A DNA stretch of 64,000 nt from sequence record NZ_CP035507.1; one strand, written 5' to 3'. The first letter of the stretch is position 1, and each line of letters opens with the position of its first letter. Positions 27,988 to 37,800 of the stretch are shown piece after piece. The notes under the pieces are model-generated. The model made no database searches. It worked only from the letters and a program-made list of their open reading frames with translations, and had not been told where the DNA came from. Origin of the DNA: a plasmid. The translations under genes and the position numbers were made by a program.

Positions 27988-29187
27988 ATGGGCGTTGTGG
28001 AAGTTCTGGATCCGGTCGCACCGGCGCGGGCGGGTGGCTGGAAGGTTGATGTGAGTCGGGGTGAGCGGAACGGGCGGGTGTCGTCCGAATGGTTCAACCG
28101 GCCCGATGACGAGCGGTATCTGTCGCTCGACGATCTCTGGGCATCTGTGAAGGGCCGGTCCGAGCGCAGCCGCAGCCGGGTGGTGCAGACGGCGGATATC
28201 CGGGTCGAGGCCGCGGGCGACAACCCCGAGCGGTTGCACCTGATGTTGCCGAAGGCGCAAGAACCGGTCGCGCCCACACATTGGGCCTTTGGCCAGCTTG
28301 CCAGCATCGTCGGCGCGCCGGCCTCCTACCTGCGGCAGCTGCCTGCGCCGCTGGCCGGGATCAACCTGCAGTATGGCCTGACCAATCACCGTGCCGAGCA
28401 GGTGAAGACCTTCGAGACCGAAGACGGCCGCACCGAACTGCGCGCCGTGACCGGCCCCGACTATGGCCGCATCCATGACCACGAGTTGGTCGAGGCGGTG
28501 CAGCGCATCGCGGGCAATGGCACCGGCGATACGCGCTGGAAGGTGCCGGGTGTGCTCGACTGGTCGACCGGGGTCTACAACCCCGATGTCGAGATCAGCC
28601 GCGACACAACCACCCTCTATGCCTCGGACCGCGATGTCTTCCTGTTTCTGGTCGACGACCACAACCCGATCGAGGCGGGCCGCCTGCCCGACGGCTCCCC
28701 CGATCTCTACTTCCGGGGCTTCTACTGCTGGAACTCCGAGGTTGGTGCGAAGACGCTCGGCATGGCGAGCTTCTACCTCCGTGCCGTGTGCCACAACCGC
28801 AACCTCTGGGGCGTCGAGGATTTCCAGGAGATCAAGATTCGCCACTCGAAATACGCCGCTTCGCGCTTCGCCCACGAAGCGTCACCGGCGCTGACGCGCT
28901 TTGCCAATTCATCGCCGCAAGGCTTCGTGAATGGCATCAAGGCGGCGCGGCAGCAGATCGTCGCGCGGACGGATGAGGACAGGGATGACTTCCTGCGCAA
29001 GCGGGGCTTCTCGAAAGCCGAAGCCGGCAAGATCATCGAGAAGGTGCTGATGGAAGAGGGCCGCCCGCCCGAGAGCATCTTCGACTTCGTGCAGGGCATC
29101 ACGCGGCTTGCGCGTGATAAGACCCAGCAGGATGCGCGGCTCGACATGGAAGGGCGCGCCAAGAAGCTCCTCGACCGGGTTGGCTGA
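27988..29187 (+). CDS. DUF932-family protein (conjugative-element leading-region protein)
   Basis: 399 aa. Motifs are reminiscent of DUF932 (YFRGFYCWNSEVGAKTLGMASFYLRAVCHNRNLWG). It shares a conserved ~45-nt leader with the ParB-like gene. Confidence 0.45.
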   Translation: MGVVEVLDPVAPARAGGWKVDVSRGERNGRVSSEWFNRPDDERYLSLDDLWASVKGRSERSRSRVVQTADIRVEAAGDNPERLHLMLPKAQEPVAPTHWAFGQLASIVGAPASYLRQLPAPLAGINLQYGLTNHRAEQVKTFETEDGRTELRAVTGPDYGRIHDHELVEAVQRIAGNGTGDTRWKVPGVLDWSTGVYNPDVEISRDTTTLYASDRDVFLFLVDDHNPIEAGRLPDGSPDLYFRGFYCWNSEVGAKTLGMASFYLRAVCHNRNLWGVEDFQEIKIRHSKYAASRFAHEASPALTRFANSSPQGFVNGIKAARQQIVARTDEDRDDFLRKRGFSKAEAGKIIEKVLMEEGRPPESIFDFVQGITRLARDKTQQDARLDMEGRAKKLLDRVG

Positions 29188-29312
29188 CGCCGGGCCCGAC
29201 AACGCGACCGCCCTCGAGCGCGGCGGTCGCACTTTCCCTTTCCACACGCATGCCACTGGCCCCGCCCCGAGAGGGCAGGGGGCTTTGGCATGGGCAATTC
29301 AGAGAGACCCCC

Positions 29313-29753
29313 ATGACCCCCCAGGAAGAAACCGTCATCCTCGAGGCCCGCGACATCCTCGGCCGCTACCTCAGCCAGAACCCGGTCATCGGCAGTTGGC
29401 AGGCGCTCATGGACTATTGCGCGCTGACCGTCCGCGGGCCCATCGAGCGCTTCCACGTGCTCTACCTCGACCGCAAGAACCGCATCATGTGCGATGAGCT
29501 TCTCTCGACTGGCACGGTCGATCATGTCCCGGTCTATCCGCGCGAGGTGATCAAGCGGGCGCTGATGCTGAACGCCAGCGCCCTGATCCTGATCCACAAC
29601 CACCCGTCAGGCGATCCGACGCCGTCTGAGTCCGATCTCAGCATGACCAAGGAGATCCAGAAAGGCTGCAAGTACCTCGGCTTGACGCTGCATGACCACA
29701 TCATCGTGGGTGCCGGAACGGAGCTGAGCCTGCGGGCCATCGGCAAGCTCTGA
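29313..29753 (+). CDS. radC: RadC-like JAB/MPN-domain protein
   Basis: JAMM-like motif HNHPSGDPTPSESD. Start MTPQEE. Confidence 0.8.
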   Translation: MTPQEETVILEARDILGRYLSQNPVIGSWQALMDYCALTVRGPIERFHVLYLDRKNRIMCDELLSTGTVDHVPVYPREVIKRALMLNASALILIHNHPSGDPTPSESDLSMTKEIQKGCKYLGLTLHDHIIVGAGTELSLRAIGKL

Positions 29754-29802
29754 TGGTCCCAGCAGACCTGCCGTCGCCCCTTCAAGGAAGAGGGCGGCGG
29801 TT

Positions 29803-30378
29803 TTGTCTTTGACGGATGAGGCGGAGAGAGAGGCTTCCCGCGCCGTCGGAGATTTTCCTATGTTCGACTTGCCCCTGCCCATCCACCCGACCACCGGCCC
29901 GCGAGGCTGCTCGCCGGTTTTCGCTGTGGGCGATGCTGATACCAACCACCCCTTTGCCCTGACCCTGTCGCGCCGCACGCCTGCGGATCTGATGTCGGGC
30001 CGGGCCGCACCCTTGGTTCTCGCGCGCTTTGCGACGCTGGCCGATGCCATGCTGGGCGCGATCGACCATGCGGAGGCGATGACCACGGACGCCTCGCCGC
30101 AGCTTCTGGCGATCCTCGACCGCGACGAGCGCCTTGTGCTGGCTGGGGCCGCCAGCGACCACGCTGTCGCATGGTGCCACCCGGTGACGAGCGCGGCCGA
30201 GGCGCGCGGCGTGGTGACCGAGGCAAGCCAGCTGCGCGCGCAGGCGGGCCGGGCGGCAACCTGGGGTGAACCCGATCTTGCGCAGCGGCTGCGCCACCGC
30301 GCCGATCTTCTGGATGCGCGTCTCGTCGACCCGCTCTGGCGCGCCTTCGCCGCCCGCGCGCTGCAGGTCGCTGCTTGA
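29803..30378 (+). CDS. hypothetical protein (start uncertain)
   Basis: Track ORF with no recognisable motif. Co-oriented in the leading-region-like block. Confidence 0.35.
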   Translation: MSLTDEAEREASRAVGDFPMFDLPLPIHPTTGPRGCSPVFAVGDADTNHPFALTLSRRTPADLMSGRAAPLVLARFATLADAMLGAIDHAEAMTTDASPQLLAILDRDERLVLAGAASDHAVAWCHPVTSAAEARGVVTEASQLRAQAGRAATWGEPDLAQRLRHRADLLDARLVDPLWRAFAARALQVAA

Positions 30379-30481
30379 AGTCTGAGAGACAGAGAAGGGC
30401 ATGGGGGGGGTTTGGAGCTTGTCCGGGGGAGAGAGATCGCCCGGCCGGGCTCCGATCCCTTCCCCTTACCGGAGACACCCG

Positions 30482-30973
30482 ATGAACCTGACTGAACCTA
30501 CCCTCGCACCGCCGATGGCGCCCCCGACTGTCGACATGGCCCAGATCTTCGCGGCGCATGTCGCGCGCGCGGCCCGGATCGAAGCGCTGCGCCCGGGCAA
30601 CAAGGACCGCCTCTTCGACGGCCTCACGGCCGCCGGCATCACCCATGTCACCGTGACCTTCGATGGTGCCGTTGACAGTGGTCAGATTGAAAGCATCGGC
30701 GCATGGTCAGGCGAGACCGCCGTCGATTCTCCCTCGACTGAGATCGCCTATGCGGCGCTGACCTGGGACGACCCGGAGGTCGAGATGCGGAAGCTCTCGC
30801 TGGAAGATGTCGTCGAGCAGCTGGCCTATGACTTCCTCTCCGACACCCATGGCGGCTGGGAGAACAACGACGGCGCCTGGGGAGAGTTCTGCTTCGACGC
30901 CACGGCCCGCTGCATCCATCTCGATTTCAACGAGCGCGTCACCTCGTCCGAACTCTACACACACGATTTCTGA
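30482..30973 (+). CDS. hypothetical protein
   Basis: Start MNLTEP. 163 aa. Acidic. Confidence 0.4.
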   Translation: MNLTEPTLAPPMAPPTVDMAQIFAAHVARAARIEALRPGNKDRLFDGLTAAGITHVTVTFDGAVDSGQIESIGAWSGETAVDSPSTEIAYAALTWDDPEVEMRKLSLEDVVEQLAYDFLSDTHGGWENNDGAWGEFCFDATARCIHLDFNERVTSSELYTHDF

Positions 30974-30983
30974 GGAGGAGGCG

Positions 30984-31285
30984 ATGGCACATCCCTACCA
31001 CCACGCCCTGTCCTCGGTGAAGAAGTGGGGCGGCACGGTCGACGATACGTTGGCCTTGCACGCCTGGCCGAGACGATTTTCGGGCCGACCCTTACGCTCT
31101 CGACCGGGCGCATCATCCCGACCCGCTGGGTCGGTGAGCAGCATGTGAAGGAAGACCTCGGTTTCATCCCGAGTTTCGCCGACTGGGTGAAGGCCATCCG
31201 GCCCGAGCCCTGGATGGGCCGGGCCGAGCGGATCGAGGCGCTGGTCGATCCGCATCTTGCTTCGCCCGTGGTCGAGGTCACCTGA
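30984..31285 (+). pseudogene. possible frameshifted/disrupted small gene (MAHPYHHALSSVKKWGGTVDDTLALHAW in one frame, continuing ...AETIFGPTLTLSTGRIIPTRWVGEQHVKEDLGFIPSFADW in another)
   Basis: Two adjacent ORF-track frames (30807..31148 and 31025..31285) each carry a plausible half. Confidence 0.3.
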
Positions 31286-31557
31286 TATGACCGACCCGGC
31301 CTATCAGCACCTCGGCTTGCCCGCGGCGGCGTCGCCCTATGCCGTCCTGCGCGCGGCGATCCGGGCGCTCCACCCCGACACGCGCGCCGTTCGCGGCTTC
31401 CGGGCCGCGCGCAAGCGCTTCTACAGGCAGATGCTCTGCGCACATGCCGCGCGACAGGCGGCGGGCGACAGTTCCACAGGCTGATCGCCCCGAACCACCC
31501 TTCATCCCAATCCAGTGCCCGGCCTCTCGGTCGGGTCTTCACATTCAGGAGGTCCCC

Positions 31558-31977
31558 ATGGCGGATTACTTCACCCATTTCTCGTGCCTGCTCGACGTTG
31601 GCACCCCCGACAAAGCTGCCCGCGCGCTCGCCTTGTTCCAGAGCTTGCGCGAAGCCGATCAGGATGCCGAGGACCCGGAGGTCGCAGGCTTCGACCTCGT
31701 GCGCCAGGACGCGCCCGAGGACAGCACCCTCTGGATCCATGACGACGAGCACGGCGATGTCGAAGCTGTCATCCGCTTCGTGCTGCGCCTTGCAGCAGAG
31801 CTCGACCTCACTGGTCTCTGGGGGTTCGAGTACGCCCTGACCTGCTCCCGGCATCGCCTCGACGCCTTCGGCGGCGGCGCGCATGTCATCGATCTCGGTA
31901 CCCGCAAATCCATCGGTTGGACCAGCAGTCAGGAATGGCTGGCCGCCGCGGTCAACGGGGAGGACCCCCATGCCTGA
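31558..31977 (+). CDS. hypothetical protein
   Basis: SD caggagg. Start MADYFTHFS. 139 aa. Confidence 0.45.
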   Translation: MADYFTHFSCLLDVGTPDKAARALALFQSLREADQDAEDPEVAGFDLVRQDAPEDSTLWIHDDEHGDVEAVIRFVLRLAAELDLTGLWGFEYALTCSRHRLDAFGGGAHVIDLGTRKSIGWTSSQEWLAAAVNGEDPHA

Positions 31978-32614
31978 GATCATCTGCACCACCGTCTACC
32001 AGTTCCCCGAACTCTCGGATGCGGCCAAGGCAAAGGCGCGCAGCTGGTATCGCGAACTCGGCCCACAAGACGATTGGTGGGGCGCGGTCTATGACGATTT
32101 CGAAAGGGTCTGCGAAATCCTCGGCCTCCGCCTGAAGGCCACGCCCGTCCGCCTGATGGGCGGCGGGACGCGGGCCAAGCCCTGCATCTGGTTCTCCGGG
32201 TTCTGGAGCCAGGGCGACGGGGCCTGTTTTGAGGGCTACTGGTCCCACGCCAAGGGCGTGAACGCGCGCATCCGGGACTACGCCCCGACGGATGCCACTC
32301 TGCATTGCATCGCCGACCGGCTGCAGGCGATCCAGCGGCGGAACTTCTACCAGCTCGCTGCCGAGGTCAGCCACCGTGGCCGCTACTACCACGAATACAC
32401 CATGTCGATCGACGTCACGCGCGACAGCCTGACCTGGCAGCCGCCCACCGAGGACGCCGAGGAGATCGTGACCGAAGCGCTGCGCGATCTGGCCCGCTGG
32501 CTCTACCGCCAGCTTGAGGCGGAATACGACCACCTCACCTCGGACGAGGCCATCGTGGAGGGGATCATCGTCAACGAGTACACCTTCACCGAAGCCGGGC
32601 GGCGGTTCGGGTGA
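31970..32614 (+). CDS. hypothetical protein (Trp-rich: WFSGFWSQGDGACFEGYW)
   Basis: Start MPEIICTT. Overlaps the upstream stop (coupled). Confidence 0.45.
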   Translation: MPEIICTTVYQFPELSDAAKAKARSWYRELGPQDDWWGAVYDDFERVCEILGLRLKATPVRLMGGGTRAKPCIWFSGFWSQGDGACFEGYWSHAKGVNARIRDYAPTDATLHCIADRLQAIQRRNFYQLAAEVSHRGRYYHEYTMSIDVTRDSLTWQPPTEDAEEIVTEALRDLARWLYRQLEAEYDHLTSDEAIVEGIIVNEYTFTEAGRRFG

Positions 32615-32684
32615 GAGCGTAGGCAGTTCATTTGATCTTTACAATGAGGCCATATGATCTATAATTAGGGCAGTGGAGGACGCC

Positions 32685-33074
32685 ATGTACGTTGCTGAGA
32701 AAATCCGGGAACCCGCACAGGTCAACGCGGTCGCGTTGAAGGCCTACGCGCGCGTGGCTGATGCCTGGGGTCTCAGCCTCAAGGAAGCGGCAGGCCTTGC
32801 CGATATGTCAGAGAGCACCTGGAAGCGCGCCAAGAAGCCGGATTTCGCGGGGGAGCTTACCAAGGATCAGTTACTGCGGCTCAGTGCGGTGATCGGCATC
32901 TACAAGTCGCTCGAGCTCTACTTCTCCGAGCCGCTCGCGCGAAGCTGGTTCACCCGACCGAACACCGGCCCGCTGTTTGGGGGCAGCCGTCCGGTTGACA
33001 CCGCCATCGACGGGGGCTTGCCGCAGATCCTGGCGGTGCGGACCTATCTCGATGCGTTGCGTGGTGGGGCATGA
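32685..33074 (+). CDS. Xre/MbcA/ParS-type antitoxin (DUF2384 family)
   Basis: 130 aa. Conserved C-terminal block. Its stop overlaps the start of the RES toxin gene. Confidence 0.7.
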   Translation: MYVAEKIREPAQVNAVALKAYARVADAWGLSLKEAAGLADMSESTWKRAKKPDFAGELTKDQLLRLSAVIGIYKSLELYFSEPLARSWFTRPNTGPLFGGSRPVDTAIDGGLPQILAVRTYLDALRGGA

Positions 33075-33772
33075 AGCAGACCGAGATTTCTGATCGCGGT
33101 CTCGTTCGTCTACTGCCCGCCACCTACCACAAGCCGCCATCCCTGCGCGGTCTCGTCGATACTGATGACGAGATGGAGATCCTCGCAGAGATCGAGGGCC
33201 TGACCAGCGGCCGCCTTCTGGCCGAACGTGGCCGCAATCCCCATCTGGACCCGCGCGAGCTTGCTTGGCAGCGCCGCAGCCGCGATCTGCGCATCTATGG
33301 CGACAGTCATGTCAACGCCGCCTTCACCTATACCCGCGCCGGCGGGAACCGCTTCAACACCGAAGAGCGCGGTGCCTGGTATTGCGCATGGGATGTGATG
33401 GTGTCCGTCAGCGAAGTGGCCTGGCACCGCACACGTGAACTCGGCTTTACCGGCAGCTTCCATGACAGCGCCCGCTATGTGGAACTGCTGGCGGATTTCA
33501 TCGGCATCTTCGACGACATGACCGACGAGCCGGGCCATCCGGCTCTGCATCCCGCTCCGGCTGTCGGATATCCCGAGGGCCAAAGCCTGGCCCAACATCT
33601 CCGCCGGGCTGGATCGCGTAGCCTGATCTATCCCTCGGTCCGGGCTCCTTCGCCGGGCGGGAATTGCCTCGTCTGCTTCGAGCCCCACGCCATCCAGAAC
33701 GTCCGGCCGGGTGCGTCTTGGGATCTTGTTTGGGACGGGACACCGCACTACTCGATTACGGCCGTCGGCTGA
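33071..33772 (+). CDS. RES-domain toxin (NAD+-targeting)
   Basis: R-E-S signature residues (GGNRFNTEERGAWYCA ... YPSVR). Paired with the upstream DUF2384 antitoxin. Confidence 0.8.
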   Translation: MKQTEISDRGLVRLLPATYHKPPSLRGLVDTDDEMEILAEIEGLTSGRLLAERGRNPHLDPRELAWQRRSRDLRIYGDSHVNAAFTYTRAGGNRFNTEERGAWYCAWDVMVSVSEVAWHRTRELGFTGSFHDSARYVELLADFIGIFDDMTDEPGHPALHPAPAVGYPEGQSLAQHLRRAGSRSLIYPSVRAPSPGGNCLVCFEPHAIQNVRPGASWDLVWDGTPHYSITAVG

Positions 33773-34386
33773 CGAGTCACGGCGCATGCGCTTCTTGGAG
33801 GGACGAAGACATGAAACCGGCAAACGACAACAGCCTGAATGTCACAACCTTGAAGCCATGCGACCATCAGGCATTCTTCGAGGTTTTGGAATCTCCGCCC
33901 TCACCGACGGAAGCGTTACGAGCAGCATTTCGCCGGACGAAAGAGAGGTCATTCCGGCAAAACACATGGCTTCCAAAGATGAACTGAGTCCGCCGGTCTT
34001 CTGGGCTTCCCATAGACGCGCTGAGGGCGGCGACGCCTCTGCCCCAAGAGACCGCTATAGTTGTCTTTGATCAGGATGCTTTTCCAGCGTTATAGACGCT
34101 CCAATATCACCATTTTCAAAGAACTGAGGGACAAGCCCGAAGTGGAGGGAGATCTGAAGACGCTGGGTCGAGAGACGGCTACGACTGGTGGTGGTTGCAA
34201 AAGGCCGCAGCGGTGTACCTCCCAGCGTGCCGTCGGGACCAGGTCTTGATACTTCGGACGGGAGTTTGACCAAGGCTGATGTCCCGAAGGGCTAATCTGC
34301 CAACCTATAGGTTGGCAACTACGCTCGGTTTGCCAAGCCACGGTATGGCAGAAGCTCCGGAAGGCCGGAGCCAGCCGGTGCCGGGA

Positions 34387-34683
34387 TCACTTGTTCCCGT
34401 CGATCCACTTCGACATCAGGCCCTTGTCGCGGAAGCATTCGTCCGGAACGGCGCGCCGTTTGATCCGGGCGAGCTTCTCCGCGAAGGCCACCTGCTTCGA
34501 TGTCGGCAGCCGGTCCATGGCCGACACCGGCTTCAGCTGGGCCTGCGCCTCGATCCAGGCACTCAACGACCGGCGATCTTGCTGAACCTCCCAGGGCAGG
34601 AGGGTCTGGTTACGCAGGGCCAGAGACCGCGCATAGGCGATCTGCTTGGGCGTCACGGGCAGGGCGTATGTAGTGCTGTCCAT
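34387..34683 (-). CDS. small hypothetical protein (DUF3072-like)
   Basis: 98 aa. Two KQ(I/V)A(Y/F)A repeats. Confidence 0.35.
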   Translation of the reverse strand: MDSTTYALPVTPKQIAYARSLALRNQTLLPWEVQQDRRSLSAWIEAQAQLKPVSAMDRLPTSKQVAFAEKLARIKRRAVPDECFRDKGLMSKWIDGNK

Positions 34684-34860
34684 CGGGAAACTCCCTAGCT
34701 GGCTTGGTCTTCAATATAGAACATAACAGGAACAAAATCAAGCCAAGCGTCCGCACTGTGCCGGTTCGAGAGGGAGAGATGGGCGGAGGAAGATCAGGCC
34801 TGAGGGTGCTCGAGAGAGGGTGTCCGGGCTTGATCCTGTCCCCTATTCCGGAGCTTCCCG

Positions 34861-37800
34861 ATGACCTATCTCGCACCCGTTGCGCCTCCCGTTCCTGTGC
34901 CTGCTCGCGATCACGCCCCCGCGATCCTCGCCGTGGCCGAGGCGCTGCAGCCCGATCTCGCTCAAGGCTTCCAGATCGACGCGCTGCGTCTGCGGCTTGA
35001 GATGGAGCGCGCCTTTGGCGGCTCCGATGCCGATGGCGCCTGGAATTGGAAGCTCGCCTATGAGGCGGGCGAGGTGGCGCTCGTCCTCTTCCTCCGGAAA
35101 TTCGGCCGCGCGCTTCTGGCCCGGGCCGGTTCGCCCGCTGCCCTGCTGCCGATCCTCGCCAAGGTGGCGGGCCTCTTGCCGACGCATACCCGGCGCTCGG
35201 AGGAAATGGAGCGCTTCCAGCAATTCTCGACCCCGCTGCCTATGGGACTCGCTGCAATGGCGGCGGCGCAGATCACTCCGTGTGACCTGGTCCTCGAACC
35301 TTCGGCCGGGACCGGGCTTCTCGCGATCCTCGCCGAGATCGCGGGCGGCAGTCTCGCGCTGAACGAACTCGCCGAGACCCGCGCCGATCTTCTGCGTCAC
35401 CTTTTCCCGGGGCGGCATGTCACCATCTTCGACGCCGCGCAAATCGACGATCATCTGGACGCCGGCGTTCGCCCGAGCGTCATCCTGATGAACCCGCCGT
35501 TTTCGGCTATGGCCAATGTCGATGGCCGGACGACCGAGGCGACGGCGCGGCATCTGCGCTCGGCGCTTGCCCGGCTGGCCCCCGGCGGGCGACTGGTCGC
35601 AATCACCGGCGCAAGCTTCGCACCTGATGCGCCCGCCTGGTCCGAGACCTTCGCCCGCCTTACCGAGACCGCACATCTGGTATTCACTGGCGCTGTGTCG
35701 GGCGCTGCTTTCGCCAAGCACGGGACCAGCTTCGAGACCCGGATCTCGGTCTTTGACAAATGCCGCGGCGGCGAGCCGGGCGGCATCACAGCCGATCTGG
35801 CACGCCCGACTTCGCCGGATGTGGCCCACCTCCTTGCCCGGATCACCGCCGAGGTCCCGCCACGCCTCGAGTTGGATGCGGGTGTGGGCGCATGCTCCCA
35901 GCCCATTTCCTCTTTCCGGGGAATTCCCGGCCGTTCCTCCGGCCTCACCGCTCGACCCTTGCGGTCGACGGCAGCGGCCAAGACGGATGCGCATGTCACC
36001 ACGCTCGATGCCGAGGACCTCGCCTACACCCTACGCGAGACGGCGGACGACCTCGGCTCCACGCGTCTGTCCGACGCGATCTACGAGACCTTCCGCCTGC
36101 AAGCCATCGACATCCCCGGCGCGGCCCCGCACCCGACAAAGCTCGTGCAGTCGGCGGCCATGGCCTCAGTCGCGCCCCCGAAGTCCACCTACCGGCCGAA
36201 GCTTCCAGCCGCCGTCTTGCGCGACGGCCTTCTGTCTGACGCGCAACTTGAGACCGTGATCTACGCGGGCGAGGCCCACGGCGCCCATCTCGCCGGATCG
36301 TGGTGCGTCGATGACACCGGCGACATAGTCTCGGCCGCGCCCGTTGATGGCGCAGACGCCGTCTGCTTCCGCCGCGGTTTCTTCCTTGGCGACGGCACTG
36401 GCGCGGGCAAAGGCCGTCAGTCGGCCGGGATCCTGCTCGACAACTGGGCCCAAGGCCGCCGCAAGGCGCTCTGGATTTCGAAGAGCGACAAGCTGTTGGA
36501 AGATGCGCAGCGCGACTGGTCGGCGCTTGGCCAGGAGCGGTTACTCGTCACACCGCTCTCGCGCTTTGCGCAGGGGCGCGACATCCCGCTTTCTGAGGGC
36601 ATCCTCTTCACCACCTACGCCACCCTGCGCTCCGAAGAGCGGGGCGCCAAGAAATCCCGCGTCGACCAGATCGTTGACTGGCTGGGGGCGGATTTCGACG
36701 GGGTGATCCTCTTCGATGAAAGTCACGCCATGGCCAATGCCGCCGGATCGAAGGGTGAGCGCGGTGACGCGGAAGCCTCGCGGCAGGGCAGGGCGGGCCT
36801 GCGCCTGCAGCACAAACTGCCCAATGCCCGCGTGGTCTATGTCTCGGCGACCGGTGCGACGACGGTTCACAACCTCGCCTATGCGCAGCGCCTTGGGCTC
36901 TGGGGCGGGGAGGACTTTCCCTTCGCGACGCGGGCGGAGTTCGTACAAGCCATCGAGGCCGGCGGCGTCGCCGCGATGGAGGTCCTCGCCCGCGACCTGC
37001 GATCGCTCGGGCTCTACACCGCTCGGTCGCTTTCTTACGATGGTGTCGAGTACGAGATGCTGGAACATGCGCTGACGCCCGAGCAGCGCCGCATCTACGA
37101 TGCCTATGCCGGGGCCTTCGCCATCATTCACAACAACCTCGCCGCTGCGATGGAGGCGGCCAATATCACGGGTGAGAACGGCACGCTGAACCGCCAGGCG
37201 AAGTCCGCTGCGCGTTCGGCCTTTGAATCCGCCAAGCAGCGCTTCTTCGGCCATCTGCTGACGTCGATGAAAACCCCCACCCTCATTTCCAGCATCAAGG
37301 CCGATCTGGCGGCAGGCCATGCTGCCGTCGTCCAGATCGTCTCGACTGGCGAAGCACTGATGGAGCGCCGCCTGTCGGAGATCCCGACCGAGGAGTGGAA
37401 CGACATCCGCGTCGACATCACCCCGCGGGAATATGTCCTGGACTATCTCGCCCATTCCTTTCCGGTGCAGCTCTACGAGCCCTTCACCGACAGCGAAGGC
37501 AATCTGTCATCCCGGCCCGTCGTGCGCGACGGCCAGCCGGTCGAATGCCGCGAAGCCGTGCGGCGGCGCGACGCGCTGATCGAGAAGCTGGCGTCGCTCC
37601 CGCCCGTCCCGGGGGCGCTCGACCAAATCGTCCAGCGCTTCGGCACCGATCTCGTGGCCGAAGTTACGGGCCGGTCGCGCCGCATCGTGCGCAAGGGCGA
37701 GGGGCACGCCGCGCGGCTTGTCGTCGAAAGCCGTGCCGGCTCGGCCAACCTGTCCGAGACCGCCGCCTTCATGGATGATCAGAAGCGCGTCCTGGTCTTC

